From NCBI GenBank assembly GCA_004431415.1, contig QPMI01000103.1, positions 186,001-250,000 of the forward strand: a stretch of DNA of 64,000 nt. Direction: 5' to 3'. This stretch comes from Cyanophora paradoxa CCMP329. Lineage: Eukaryota; Plantae; Glaucophyta. The position numbers and the translations under genes are program-made. Below are positions 50,675 through 63,049 of this stretch, piece after piece. The notes beneath the pieces are model-generated. The model ran no database searches and was not told the DNA's origin. It saw only the letters and a list, made by a program, of their open reading frames with translations. Within the stretch, counting starts at the first letter, position 1. Every line of letters begins with the position of its first letter.

Positions 50675-53600
50675 ATGCAAGCTGTAGCTAGACACAGCTG
50701 CAGGCCTTCACAGCTGCTGCCTTCACAGCTGCTGCGACGATCCCTCGATGAGAAGAAGCCCTCTGTTCGGAGGGGCTTTCGAATCCTAGCGGCTTGGATT
50801 GCGTCTCTGCACGTCGGCGCGCGGGATGAAGGCGCGGTACGAAGCCGATCTGGTGGACGAGGTCCGCGCCCGACCCGCGCGTGCGCAGAACTTCGGAACC
50901 GCGCTCTCAGCCGCGACGTGCAGATATGCGCTGCGATTGTAAGTGAGATTACGGATCCAGCGGGCGACTGGCGGACCGCAATCGAACATGGCAATCTCTC
51001 CGTCGATTACAGGTGCCGCACTTGTGCTTCTCGCCTTGTGTGGATGAAGTGCTCATGGAAATTCGATTGCGCATCAGGGCCCCGGACGCGCCTCCGCTGC
51101 AGGTCAGTGACCGGGATCCGGGGATCCGGGGATCATGACGTGGCGTGGCTGCACACGGGCTGGCGATTAACGTGGCTGAACATGGGCCTGCGCCGTCGCG
51201 CTGCCTTGGACCGGGAGTTCGGGGCATAGGCCTTGTATTGTAATTGCAACGCCGTGACGCGGGGGAGAGCGGGGCGCCCGCCGGCCGGCGGAACTCGCGC
51301 GGTCGGGTCGGACGCGCGACGACCCACCGACACGCGTGCGCCGCGCAGGGGATGTTCCTGCTGCGCACGGTGTCGGACTACCCCGGCGTCCACGCCGGCT
51401 TCGTCAGCCGCCGCATCCTCGCCCGCAGCCGCGCCAAGGTCCGCATCCTCGTCGTCCGCTCCCCTGCCCCCGCGCTCGTTCGCGAGCCGCGCGGTGCCGC
51501 CCCGCTGACCCCCCCGCCCCCCCTCCCCCCCTCCCCCCTCCCTGGCAGGAGTTCAACGAGGTGAGGGGGCAGAGGGGCGGGGGCGGGGGCGGGGCGGGGG
51601 CGGGGGCCTGACTGGAGGGGGCGGCGGGGGCAGTTCGTGTCGCGGGAGAGGCTCGTGGAGGAGATCGCGTCGAGCGGGCTCGACCCCAGCGGCCTCGGCT
51701 TCACCGGCGTGTGCGCCCCGCCCCGCCACGCCCCCCGCCTCCGCGCCCCGCGCCCCGCGCCCCAGCGCCCCAGCGCCCGCCGACCCCGCGGCGCACGCGC
51801 AGGTACAAGAACGACGACGCGTACTTCGGTGCGTGCCGCTCGCCCCGCGCCGCGCCGCCGGCCTCACGGAGGCGGCCAGGCTGGACGCTCCAGTCCTACA
51901 TGCTCTACACGAACCGCCGGTGCGCGCGCGCCTCGCCCGCCCCGCGCCGGCGCGGGGCGGAGCCGGCGGCTGAGCGGGCGGCTGAGCCGGGCGGGCGGGC
52001 AGGCTGCCGGACGGCTCAGCGATCGCCATGAAGGTCCCCGTCGCCCTCGTGGACGGCGCCTGGTCCGCCCGCCCGCCGGCCCCGCTCGCGCCCCGCCCCC
52101 GCCCCCGCCCACGGCGCCCGGCGCGGCGGCCAGGTCGCTGGCGGGGTACAAGAGGAAGCTGAAGCCGCTGACGGCGTGGCACGTGGCGGGGACGCCCGGC
52201 GGTTGCCGCCTCACATTCCTCGCTTTCAACGCCGCCCTCCCCTGGAACTTCCTCCCCATTACATGAACCTGCAGGTACCCCGCCCCCTGAAACACGTTTA
52301 CCCCCCCCCCCCCCCCCCCCCGCTCAGCCGTGCCCCCAGATCACATCGCGGATCGTGGCGAAGTACACGCTGCGGATCACGAAGACTGTGTACGCCGAGT
52401 TCGCTGAGGAGACCGCGCCCTCCACCCACGCCCCCGAGTCCCGCCCGCTCCCCTTCGCCTCCGGCTCCGCCTCCTTCGCCCTCCGCAGGGGCGGCCCCGC
52501 CGCCCCGCCGCCCCTGGGCCTGGCCCTGGACGAGGAGTCGCCGTACCCCCTCGCGCGCTCCCTGCCCTTCATCGTGCACTCGTACCGGCTGCCCGGGGCG
52601 GCGCGCGGGCCGCCCGGGGGGGCGGAGGCGGAGGAGGGCGGGGACGGGCCGGCGGGGCGGCCCGGGGCCATCCACGACCTCTTCTTTGACATGCTCGGCA
52701 TCGACGTCCGCCCCTCCTTCCCGCCCCCCCACCTCTCCCCCGCCGCCCCACCGCCACCCCATTGCCCATGCCCCGCCGCTCACGCCCCGCCTCGCCCCGC
52801 GCAGAAGCGCCAGCAGACGCAAGCCCAGCCGCCGGGCGCCGCGCCGCCCGTCCCCGTCCGGGAGCAGGTGCCCACGCCGTTGGCACGCGAGCCGCGCGGG
52901 CCGGGCCGGGCCGAGCCGCGCCGCAGGAGACGCAGGTCTCGCGGCTCGCGGTGGGCGAAATCCTCCAGCCCGCCCTCCTCTCCCGCGTGCGCCTGTACCC
53001 CCCGCCCCGCCCCCCCCCCCCCACCCCCCGGGCCCGACCGCCAGGCAGGTGGGGGAGGCGATGCGGGCCTCGCTCGACCTCTCCCTCCAGCTCGAGTCCA
53101 TGTCCCTCTCGGGCCCGTACCCCCCCAGCCCCCAGCCGGCCCCCGCCTGCCCCCGGCCCCGGGAGCCCGATCTGACCGCCGCCCCGGAGCCGGCCCCTGC
53201 CGCGTTGCCGGCCGCCCAGCCGCGGGCGCCAGCCATCGACGCCGTACCCTCCGCCGCCCGCTTCGGCACCCCCGACGCCGTCCCGCCCCCCGTGCCTTCC
53301 CCGATCAGCGTTGCTCGCGCGCCCGTGGTGCCGAGGGGCACCCTCACGAGGGAGGCGCCGCCTCCGCCGTACGCGGCGCCCGGCCTGGGGGAGCGGGTGC
53401 CCGTACCTCTGAACCCGCGCCGGCGGAAGGCGCCGTCGGCCTGCGAGCACGACAGCCCGGGCCCCACCGAAGGGGAGGAGCGGGAGCGGGGCCCCAGCTT
53501 CGCCGACGTGCGCCCCGCGCTCTGCTCCCCCCGCCCCGCCCCGCCCCGCCCCGCCCCGCGCTGACACCGCGCAGGGCGGCTCGGCCCAGCAGCCGCAGGA

Positions 53601-53676
53601 ACGCTGGAAGAGGCCGCACGTGCCCGGCGCGGGGGAGCTGCTTAGGGGCGCAGACCGCCAGCCTGCGCAGGCGTAG
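50675..53676 (+). CDS. START-like paralog 2 (tandem duplicate; apparent frameshift near 52255)
   Basis: Highly similar to paralog 1. CTC CCC ATT ACA TGA instead of CTC CCC CAG TAC ATG gives an early stop, which may be real or a homopolymer error. Confidence 0.55.
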
Positions 53677-54401
53677 ACGGCGCAGCGCAGGCCCGAGGCC
53701 CGCCCGGTTTGCCTCCGGCGTTCTCCGGAGCCTTCTGAATTTCTATGGACGCTCTCGTATCGCATTATATACGTATATATAATTGGAAACTTCAGCTTGG
53801 CCCTTCGCGCAGTCGCGGCCTCTCTTCCCCTTTCTCTCCTTTTTCCTTTACTACTACTAGGTTAGAAGTTACATAGATGTTGGGCCGGCGGTCCTAGGCT
53901 ACCACCTGCAGGCCAACTTTATCTGGCTATAGCTGAATTTATTAAGTTACGAAGTTAATTAGAGATCTAGATCTAGATGTCTAGAACACCGGGTTCAAGC
54001 TTTGTCCACGCGGGAACTCCCCTTGACGTTCATCGATATCCGCCGAGTACTAGTCGCGCTCCAAGGCTCACTAGTACTTGCGAGTTGCAGCAGCACACAT
54101 CTCAGCCTATTCATTTTAAAGCCACCATATCAGTTACATCTCAGGATACATGTTACAGAGCACTACTGTCTCGGTCATTGAAACTGCGCACAGCGCATGC
54201 GACTACGTACTGTATGAAGTACGGAAACTGTACTAGGGTATAGCGAAGAGCCAGCAAAGGCAACAGCTAGGAGGAATCTGTGATCGTGACTACGCGACTA
54301 GAGATAAATAACGCGAACGGGGCGCGGGGGAGCTCGGGCAGCAAGAGCCGAGCGCCAGCCGCCGCCCTCGTACGCGGGGCCGTGGAAGTGAGCGGTCATG
54401 A

Positions 54402-56800
54402 TCAGCCGGGGGGGCCCTGCGGGGGCGACCCGCCGGGGTTGGAGGAGGGGGAGGCGGCGCCCGGGGAGGCCAGCCGCGGGCTGCCCCCGGGCGAGCCCGC
54501 GAAGAACTGGCGCGGCAGGTTCAGGTACCCCCCCGCCGCCGCGGGGGGCGGACTGGAGGGCCCGGGGAGCGCCACCTCGAGGGTCGGCTCTGTGCGCCGC
54601 CGCCGGTCCGGCCGCCCGCCCCCGCCCCGCCCCCGGGCCCCGCCCCGCCCACCGCCGGGGAGGAGGAGGGCCGCGAGGGGCGCCGGGGCCCCCGGGCCCG
54701 AGTCGTCCCCTTCGGGCGGGGCGGGGCGGCGGCGCGGGTTGGCGGGGGGCGGGCGGAGGGGGCGGAGGGGGGGCGAGGCGGCGGGGCGCGGGCTCCCGGA
54801 CCCCGAGAGGGACATGGACTCGAGCTGGAGGGAGAGGTCGAGCGAGGCCCGCATCGCCTCCCCCACCTGCCCGGCGGTCGGGCCCCGGGAGGGGGGGGGA
54901 GGGGGGGGTACGGGCGCACGCGGGAGAGGAGGGCGGGCTGGAGGGCGCCCTCGCGGGGGCCCCGCACGCGCTGGTCCTGCCCCCGCCCGTCAGCGGGCGC
55001 CCCGGGGGGATGAGCGGGGTGCGGGGGAGGGGGGTACCCCGAAGGCGAGGACGCGGGAGCCCCAGGCGATGGGCATTAACTCCGAGTCCGGCGCCCCCTC
55101 CGCCGCGCTCGGCCCCGGCGTCCGCCCCGCCTGTCCCCCCCGGCCCCGTCAGGCGCTCCCGGGAGGGGGAGGGGGGGAGGTGGGGGGGGGGGTACCTCGA
55201 GGCCGAGGACGTCGCGGAAGAGCTCGTTGATGGGCAGGTGCACCTCGAGCGGCGGCGGCGGGGACGGCGGCGAGGGCGGCGGGGCCCGCTGCCCCTGCAG
55301 CACCGAGCGGCAGGCTTGGAGCACGAAGGGGTACGGCACGTCGGCCTGGAGGGCCAGGCCCAGGGGCCGGGGCGCGGGGGGGGCCCCACGGCGGAGGGGG
55401 AACGAGGCAGAGCCCGAGGCGAAGGGGAGCGGCCGGGGGGCCGGCTCGGGGTGGGAGGGGTACAGGAAGCGGCGCATGCGGACGTGGACCTTGGTCACGA
55501 TGCGCGCGACGATCTGCTCGTACACTGCGCCCCGCCCCGTCGGGGGGAGAAGAGGGCGGGGGGGAGGGGGAGGGGGGGGGTACGGGAGAGGGGCATGAAG
55601 CGGAAGCGGGGCGCCCCGGCGCGTGGAGCGATGTGAACCTGCGGGGCGCGGGGCGCGGGGTCGGCCGGGGCCCGCCGGTGCCGTCGGGGCGGGGCGGGGC
55701 GGGGCGGGGCGGGCCTGCATCCGTCGGGGACGGGCTCGATGCAGAAGACGCCGAGGGCCTTCAGCTTCCCGCGAAGTCGCGCGTCGTCCTGCGCCCCCCG
55801 CTCGGCGCGGCCGGCGCGGCGGCGCGGGGCGGGGCGGGGCGGGGCGGGCGGACCAGACGCCGTCGACGAGGTCGACGGGGACCTTCACGGAGACCGCCCG
55901 CCCGTCCCGCAGCCTGACCCGCCCCGCCCCGCCGGCCCCACTCAGAGGCGAGGCCCGGGGGGCGGGGCGAGGGGCGCGCCGGCGACTCGCGAAGAGCATG
56001 CGGGAGTCGACGCGCCAGCCGAAGTAGACGGCGCGGTTCTCGTACACCGCCATCGCGCTGCCGGCACACCCCACGCGGCTCTCGCGCGGGGCTCGCCCCG
56101 GGGGGCGGGGCCCGGGGGCAGGGGCGCACCCGAGCAGGTCCGGGTCGTCGGGGTCGGGAGGCCGCAGCTCCCGCAGCAGCGTCTCCGACTGCACGAACCT
56201 GCCGCGCAGTCGGCGCCCGCCCCCGCGCGGGGCCGGGGGGGCGGGCGAGTCCCGCACTCGTTCCAGCTCTGCGCGTGCGCGCGCGGGGTGAGACGGGCCG
56301 GGGGGCGCGGGGCGCGGGGCGCGGCTAGAGAGCACGAATGCAGTTTTCACGATCAGTCTCAGAGAACGGGCGCACGGGGGCGTCGGTGCGGCTGACGAGC
56401 TCGCGGGTGGCGAAGGAGGCGCCGACGCCCGAGCACTCCGAGACGGCGCGGTACAGGCTCAGCGTCGCGCCGGACGGTAGCTCGAGATCCCTGCGTGCCG
56501 GCGCTCGGCGAGGGGCGAGGGGCGAGCCGGCGGGCCGGCGGGCCGGCGGGCCGGCGGGGCGCGCGCGGGCCTGGACTGGACGACGAGGCCGCCTGCGCCG
56601 TCCTCTAGCGCGGTGCGCCACTCCTGGCGCGCGTCCAGCGCCTCCGCGGCGACGCGGAAGACCTGCCGACTCGTCAGCGCGCCTTCCTCGCGCGCCGAGG
56701 CCGCTCGCACCTCCTCCACCCCCTCTGTCGCGCCATGAGCTTCCGCCCCGTGATGATCCGCGGCCGTTTCAGCGCCATCGCTCGGACCCGCGTCTGCCAT
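54402..56800 (-). CDS. START-like paralog 3 (divergent, inverted)
   Basis: EWRTALEDG, LYRAVSECSGV, GWRVDSRMLF, KVPVDLVDGVW, RPLPFASGSASF and GEAMRASLDLSLQLESMSLS match paralogs 1 and 2. Confidence 0.6.
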
Positions 56801-57875
56801 CGCTTACGCCTCGACGTCCATCACAGCTGCAGATGGACTCGCGCGATCCGTCCTGAATTGAGCCGAGGTCTCCGGGAATCGCCCGTGTGCTGGGCTGGCA
56901 TCACCCGGCGCGCAATCACCAATGCGAAACGAATGCACTGCGGCAGCTGCTCGTTGTGCCTACAGCTTTTCCGTGCTCCGAGAAGGTGCTGCTACGTAGA
57001 CGCGCGGTTGGGCGCCGATCAGATATTGCGATGCCGCGAAGAGGATCCGGAATATCCGGGGACCGGGGGAGTGGACGTCGACCAGCGCGCGCGGCGACGC
57101 CCGCCGCCCGGCCAATCTCGCGCTGCTAGCTTATAAAAATTACTACTAGCCCCTAGACTGCCTAGTACGCTAGTCGACGTCACTGTCGACTCACTGAATA
57201 CCACTTGCAGTATTATTAACTGTAGACTCTGATACTCTAGTAGACGGCGAGGCCGGGCGAGCCCGGCGGGCCGGCGGCGGCCAGCAGCTAGTACAGTGTG
57301 GCGCCGGAACTTGGCCCGGATTCCCGGAAGTGCCGCGCGCGCGCCACGCACTGGGCCACTTTTGCTTCGGAGGTTCGCGATCGTGCGCCGCGCGCGGCGT
57401 CGCGCCGCATGCGCACTAGTACTGCGGCGGCAGTGCGGCCGCCGGCCCGCATGCAAAACGCGCGCGTCGACGACTCGACGTCCGTGCGGACGGGGAGCGG
57501 GGAGGGTACAGCCTCCGCCGATTTGCTCGGACTCTCGGGCAGCGGAATTTCGAAATCGCGATTCGCGATCGGGCAGGGATTCGGGCCGTTTCAATTCAAG
57601 TTTCTTCTTGATTCCTCTAATATCCTTATTCATGAGCGCTGGGGACCGGCCCGGACCGCGCGGCCCCGATACCGGTATCGATCCCGGGTCGCTGCAGTTT
57701 ACCTTCACACGGCTATCCCGCGGGATTCCCGCCACCATACCGGCCTTCAAAGCGGCTGTGGGCATGGGTGAACGGTGCATTTGTACAATTTCCGGCGAGG
57801 CCTGCAGCTGGCCGCGGCGCGCGCGGGCGCGAGCTCGCGATCGGCGCCGAGGGCGTGTCGCGCGCGCGATCGCAG

Positions 57876-59132
57876 TCAAGGCCGGTTGAGGGCCCCCCCC
57901 GCGGCCGCGTCCGCCGCAGCGAGGGCCGCCGCCGCCGCCGCCGCCGCGAGGGCCGCCCCCGCGAAGAAGGCGGCCTCTGCCCCCCGCGCGAGGGTCGGAG
58001 AGGGCGCGTCCTGGCGCCGGCGCCGGGCGGGCGGGGCGGGGCCGGCGGGCGCGGGGCGCGCACCGAGGGGGGCGCCCAGGAGGGTGCCCCCGTGGAGGGC
58101 CCCCGCCGCGGCGTAGCTCGCCTGCGGGCCGCCCCGTCGGCGAGCCCGGCGCGCGCCGCCCCGCCCCGCCGCAACGGGGCGCGGCAGCGGCCAAGCTTAA
58201 GGCCTCACCATGAGGCCGGCGTTGATGAGGGAGGAGACTGACGTGGGGGTGCGGGCCGTCAGGAAGGGCGGGGAGGGGCGGGGCCCCGCGCCCAAGCGGG
58301 GCGCGCACCGATGCCGAAGGCCGCTCCGATGTGCTCCGGGGGTACGAGGATCGGGAGGGAGGGCCAGAGGGCGGCCGGCACCAGCGCGAAGACGAGCCCG
58401 ATCACGCAGTACTGGGCGCCCGCGTCGGTCCCGGGAGACGAAGCGGCAGGCGTGCGGGCGGGGGCGGGGGCGGGGCGGGGGCGGGGGCGGGGCGGGGGCG
58501 GGGGCGGGGGCGGGGCGGGGGCGGGGGCGGGCCAGGGGCACGGGCGGGGCGGAGGTGAAGGCGAGGGCGGCGAACGCGGGAAGAGCAGCAGCGTGCCCCC
58601 GGCCACTGCCCGCCAGGTCGGCGCCCGGCCGGCGGGCGGGGCGCGATTCGTGGGGCGCAGCGGGGCGGGGGCGAGGCGGACCGAGGCGGGCGCGGTGGCC
58701 GCAGCGGTCGACGAGGAGGCCGAGCGGGGGCGACAGCAGCAGCGACGCGAGCGGGATCACGCTCGTCACCTGCGGCAGGCGCGGGGGCGCCGGGGGCTCG
58801 GCCTGGACCGCTAGCTGGGGCGGCGGCGGGGCCGGGAGGGCGCACGCTGTCGGCGTGGGCGAGGCTGTACCCCCGCGAGCGCTGCAGCAGCCGCCTGCGC
58901 GCCGCTCGGAAGGCGCGGGGCGGGGCGGGGCGCTGGAGGCAGGAGGCGGGCACCCCGAGAAGGCCTGGAATGGAAAGACGCACGAGTAGTAGAGGGTCGC
59001 CACGCAGGCCGCCAGCCAGAACGAGGCCGGGAAGCACCTGCCGGGGCCTCAGGCCGGGGGCGAGGGCGAGTGCGGGAGCGAGGCCGGGGCGCCGCGCACG
59101 CGAGGAAGCGGCGAAGGCGCCGGCGCTGCTGC

Positions 59133-59168
<36 letters not shown>

Positions 59169-60747
59169 GCCTCGGGATCCGCGAGGAGCCCCGCGGTCTC
59201 GCCCTCGCCCCCGCCCCGCCCTCGGCCCCGCCCCCGGCCTGGGCCCCGGGGCGCCCTCCTCGGCGGCGAGGGTCGCGATGTCGATGGCGGAGGTCGAGGG
59301 GGCGTGGTGCAGCGTCGGCGGCCGCCGGCCCCGCCGCTCCGCTCCCGCGTCCACCCCCCAGAAGGCCGCCGCCGCCGCGAACGACGCCACGCACAGCGCC
59401 GCCCCTGCGCCCCGTCGGCGCGCGACGAGGGCGCGGGGGGCGGCGTGCGGGGCACCCATCCAGAGGGCCGCCTTGTAGGTCCCGGCGGCCTTCAGGAGGG
59501 AGGCGGTACCCCGGAAGGCGAGGAAGGTCCCCTGGAGGGGGCGTCGGGGCAAGCGGGCAGAGCGGGCGCGGCAGCGGGCCGCAGACCAGGCGGCCGGCGC
59601 TCGTTCCGAGGCCCTGCAAGGGCCTTGAGCTGAGGCGAGGGCGAAGGGCGCGCGGGACGGGACGGGGCGGGCACCATGGCGAGGCCGATCTCGGAGTGGT
59701 GGCTGCCGAACCAGGTCGCGATGATGCTGTTCTGCGCCACTGCGCGCAGGCGGCTCGGCTCGGCGGCGGGCGCCGGGGGCGGGGCGGCGGGCACCAAAGG
59801 ACGACTCGCTGCCGACGCCGAAGAGCAGGCGGCCGAGGAGCATGAGGGGGTACGAGCGGCGGTACGGCGCCGCGAGGACGAGGCAGGCGCCGGCGGCGGC
59901 GAAGGCGGCGAAGCCGAGCGTGGCGGGGCGCAGGCCGGCCCGGTCCAGCAGCAGCCCGCCCACGGGCACCAGGAAGACATTCGGCACCTGCGCCCGCGCA
60001 GGTCAGGTCAGGCCCGCAGCGCCGGATCCTGGGAGGGGCGCGTGCGCGCGGAGTAGATGGAGTAGAGGTACGAGAATTGCGCGTCGCTGATCCCCTGCGT
60101 GGCGTTCGCGCCGAATCGAAAGGACGATCGACCTGGAGCTCAGGAATTCAGAGGGGCGCGCACGAGGTCCGCCTGGAGCGCGGATTGGACGCTCCCAATT
60201 GAGTCGTACTGCGGGCGGCTCGCGTGCGGCGTTCAAATTCGAGTTCGAACCGGCTCGCGGCGCGCCCTCGAGCTCGCACCGCGTTGTAGGGTCCCAGGAC
60301 AAGCATGCACGAGAGCGCGAGCACGATGTAGCGCACGCTGCGGTGAAGTTCAGGATGACATACGCAAGCGAGGACCGGAAGGGGCGGCGCTCACATCGGA
60401 GACGACTTCCGCGGCTGCCATTCGCCGCGGGTCCCGCCGGGGTCGGGAGATGCGGAAGCGGCCCTCCTGCGTGCACGGACTTCCATCGCGGCGAACGAAA
60501 GCGAGCGGACGCGCGTATGCACCCTGCACGCGGGGCAAGCCTCGGCCGCGGCTCCCTCGAGCTCTCAAACGACCGCCTCGCAGCCTCGAATCTCTTGCGG
60601 GCGCTCCCCGAGCTCAGCGCTGCAGCGCGCAGGCGAGATGCGCATCAGGAATTCTTGCGAATGCCCGCGCTGCGCGAGGGGCACGCGCTCCACGAGCTCA
60701 AAGGCGAGCGCCGGCTCGCGCTTCGCACCGTCTTGATTCTCCACCAT
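57876..60747 (-). CDS. Major facilitator superfamily transporter, MFSD1-like
   Basis: LYSIYS-PNVFLVPVGGLLLDRAG, MLLGRLLFGVGSES, AQNSIIATWF, LYYSCVFPF, LGLLVDRCG, ALWPSLPILVPPEHIGAAFG. Start tentative. Confidence 0.88.
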
Positions 60748-60768
60748 CGCACTCGCCCTCGCACGGCG

Positions 60769-62627
60769 ATGCACGGCGTCGGTACCCCTCCCAAGGTCCG
60801 CTGAGACTCCGCTCAGCCCCGCTCCAGCCGGCGCCGCAGCAGCCTACAGATAAAAGCGCCGGGCGAGCGCTTCCGATGCGGCCGTTCCGCTTCGGCTGGG
60901 TGGAGGCGGACGTCTGCGTCGCCGCGTTCGACCCGCGGGGCTTTGCGAGGGACGAAATCGTAACGCGCCTGTGCGCTGGCCGTCGATCGCGAGCGCGCAT
61001 GCGCCTCTAACCGGCCTCTCGCGCCGCAGCGTGCCGGACACGCGGCCGGGATGGGAGCCGCAGCCGCCGCCGGACCTGAAAGCTGCGTACGAGGAGGCGA
61101 GCGCGCACTGGAAGCAAAAGGTCGAGCAGGGAGTCATCCGTAACGACGTGAGCCAACATCCGTTTGGCGCGCCGGGTCTGACGCGTGCGGGGCCCAGGTT
61201 TTGATGCTGGCGCTCAAGGGCTGCAAGCTGCTCACGGAGGCGGACGCCGAGGAGCGGGAGAAGCTGAAGTTCCGCTTCTACAGCCCGCCCCCGCGCCTTC
61301 TCCTGGAGTTCATCCTCAGGTCGACGTCCGCGCGAGCGCGCGCCGGCGCCCGCATGCGCACTGCGCGCTAGCTAAGCACATCCGCTCACGCACCGGCGGG
61401 CAGCACCTACGTGGAGCACCGCTCGGCGTCGACCCTCTTCCAGTCCTTCGACGCCGACCGGAAGCTAAGGCGGGCGCCGGCGCCGCGCGAGCGCGAGCTC
61501 GCCCCCCCCCCCCCCCGCTGACCTCGCGCTCGGCGCGCCGGGCTGCGCGCGCGCAGGGAGCTCGGCATCAGCGTGGAGGGGCGGGACGGGGCGGCGGGCG
61601 GCGGCGGGCCCGTCGAGGTGAAGGACTTCTGGAGCAACAGCTTCGGCGTCCAGCTCGCCGTCATCACCGCCGTGCCCCCCCGCCGCCCTCGCGCCCGCGC
61701 CTCCCGCCCCTCGAGCCCGGCGGGCGGCGGGGCGGGCAGGACGGGAAGATGGTCTACGGGACGCGGTCGGCCAGGACGGCGGTGAACCCGGGGGGCGTCG
61801 TCCTCGGCGTCGTCGAGGGCATGGACCAGGCCCGCCCGCCGTACCCCCCGCCCCTCTCCCCCCATGACGCCCCCCCCCTCCCCTCCCTCCCCCCCCCCCC
61901 CCCCCCCAGGAGGACGTGCTGGAGGAGACGGGCCTGCCGTGCCCCTACCACGCCGCCGCCCGAGGCCTCCTCGAGGAGCAGGCGCCCCCCCACGCCCGCC
62001 GCCTCCCGCTGCCCCGCCCGCCCTCTTAGGCGGGGGCGGGGGCAGGGGATCGAGCTCGGGGAGGACGCGGAGGAGGCGGGGCGGGGCGAGCTGCGCCTCA
62101 CGGCCCTCGTCCTCAACGCCGCCCTCGCCGAGTGGAACATGGCCCGCCCCGCCCCCCGCCGGCCGCCCCCGGCCCGCCCGCCGCCCTTCAAGCGTGACCG
62201 CCCGGCGCGCCAGGTGGGGTACTTCCGGAGCGCGGCGGGGCCGTGCGGGGTGACGGCGGCGCAGCTCCTCGCCAGGCGGCAGGCCGCCGCCAAAGAGTGC
62301 GTCCCGCCCGCGGCCCCCGCCCCGCGCCCTCCCCTCTCCCCGCCCCGCCGCGCCCGCCCCGGCATCGATCTGACGCCGCCCGTGCGCCCTCCGGCCCGCC
62401 AGCGCCTGGGAGTACCAGCAGGTGCGCGCGCGGCGACCCTCGCGCGGCTCGCGGCGGCGTGTGAGCGGGGCCGGGGCCGGGCCCGGGGCGGGGCGGGCAG
62501 GTGGAGGTCTCGGACTTCACGCCGGAGGGTGTGGCGGCCTTCCTGCGCGAGCGCGGCCCCGCCTCGTCAACTACGCCAAGGTCCGCCCGCCCGCTGGGGG
62601 CCGGGGGCCGGGGGGATGCCCGCCTCG

Positions 62628-62674
<47 letters not shown>

Positions 62675-62815
62675 CTCCCCTGCGTCCGAGCGGGGGCGGG
62701 GCGGGCGGGCGTGCCGGCGCGTGCGCAGGTGGGTGCCGTCCTCGCCCTCCTCGCCCACTTCCCCGAGGCCGACGTCCGCGCCGCCTTCGAGGCCGCCCCC
62801 CCGCCCGCCCCGTAG
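60769..62815 (+). CDS. Nudix-fold hydrolase-like protein
   Basis: NSFGVQLAVITA-DGKMVYGTRS..AVNPG, AAARGLLEEQ-GI (Nudix box-like), E-AWE. Start tentative. Confidence 0.6.
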
Positions 62816-63049
62816 CCCCGCCCCGGCCCCCGCCCCGGCCCCGGCCCACCCCTCATCCAAGTTAAGCCCGCTCCACTCCTCCCCGGCCCGACTCCGTCCA
62901 AGCCCTACTTGCCAAAAGTTACCCGTGCACGTGATCCTGACCCCGCCTTGCACAACGGGGTCGCGGGATCCCGGAGCCGCAGTAGCAAGAAACTCGAAGG
63001 GGTATACGTACGCGTGTGCGCACAGTGGAGACCCTCACGTGCACTCCCT

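Noticed and set aside
62627-62672. Very long C/G homopolymers (also ~14250-14277 and ~36670-36697)
   Set aside because: They appear to lie in introns and their lengths are unreliable in assemblies; no function can be supported.
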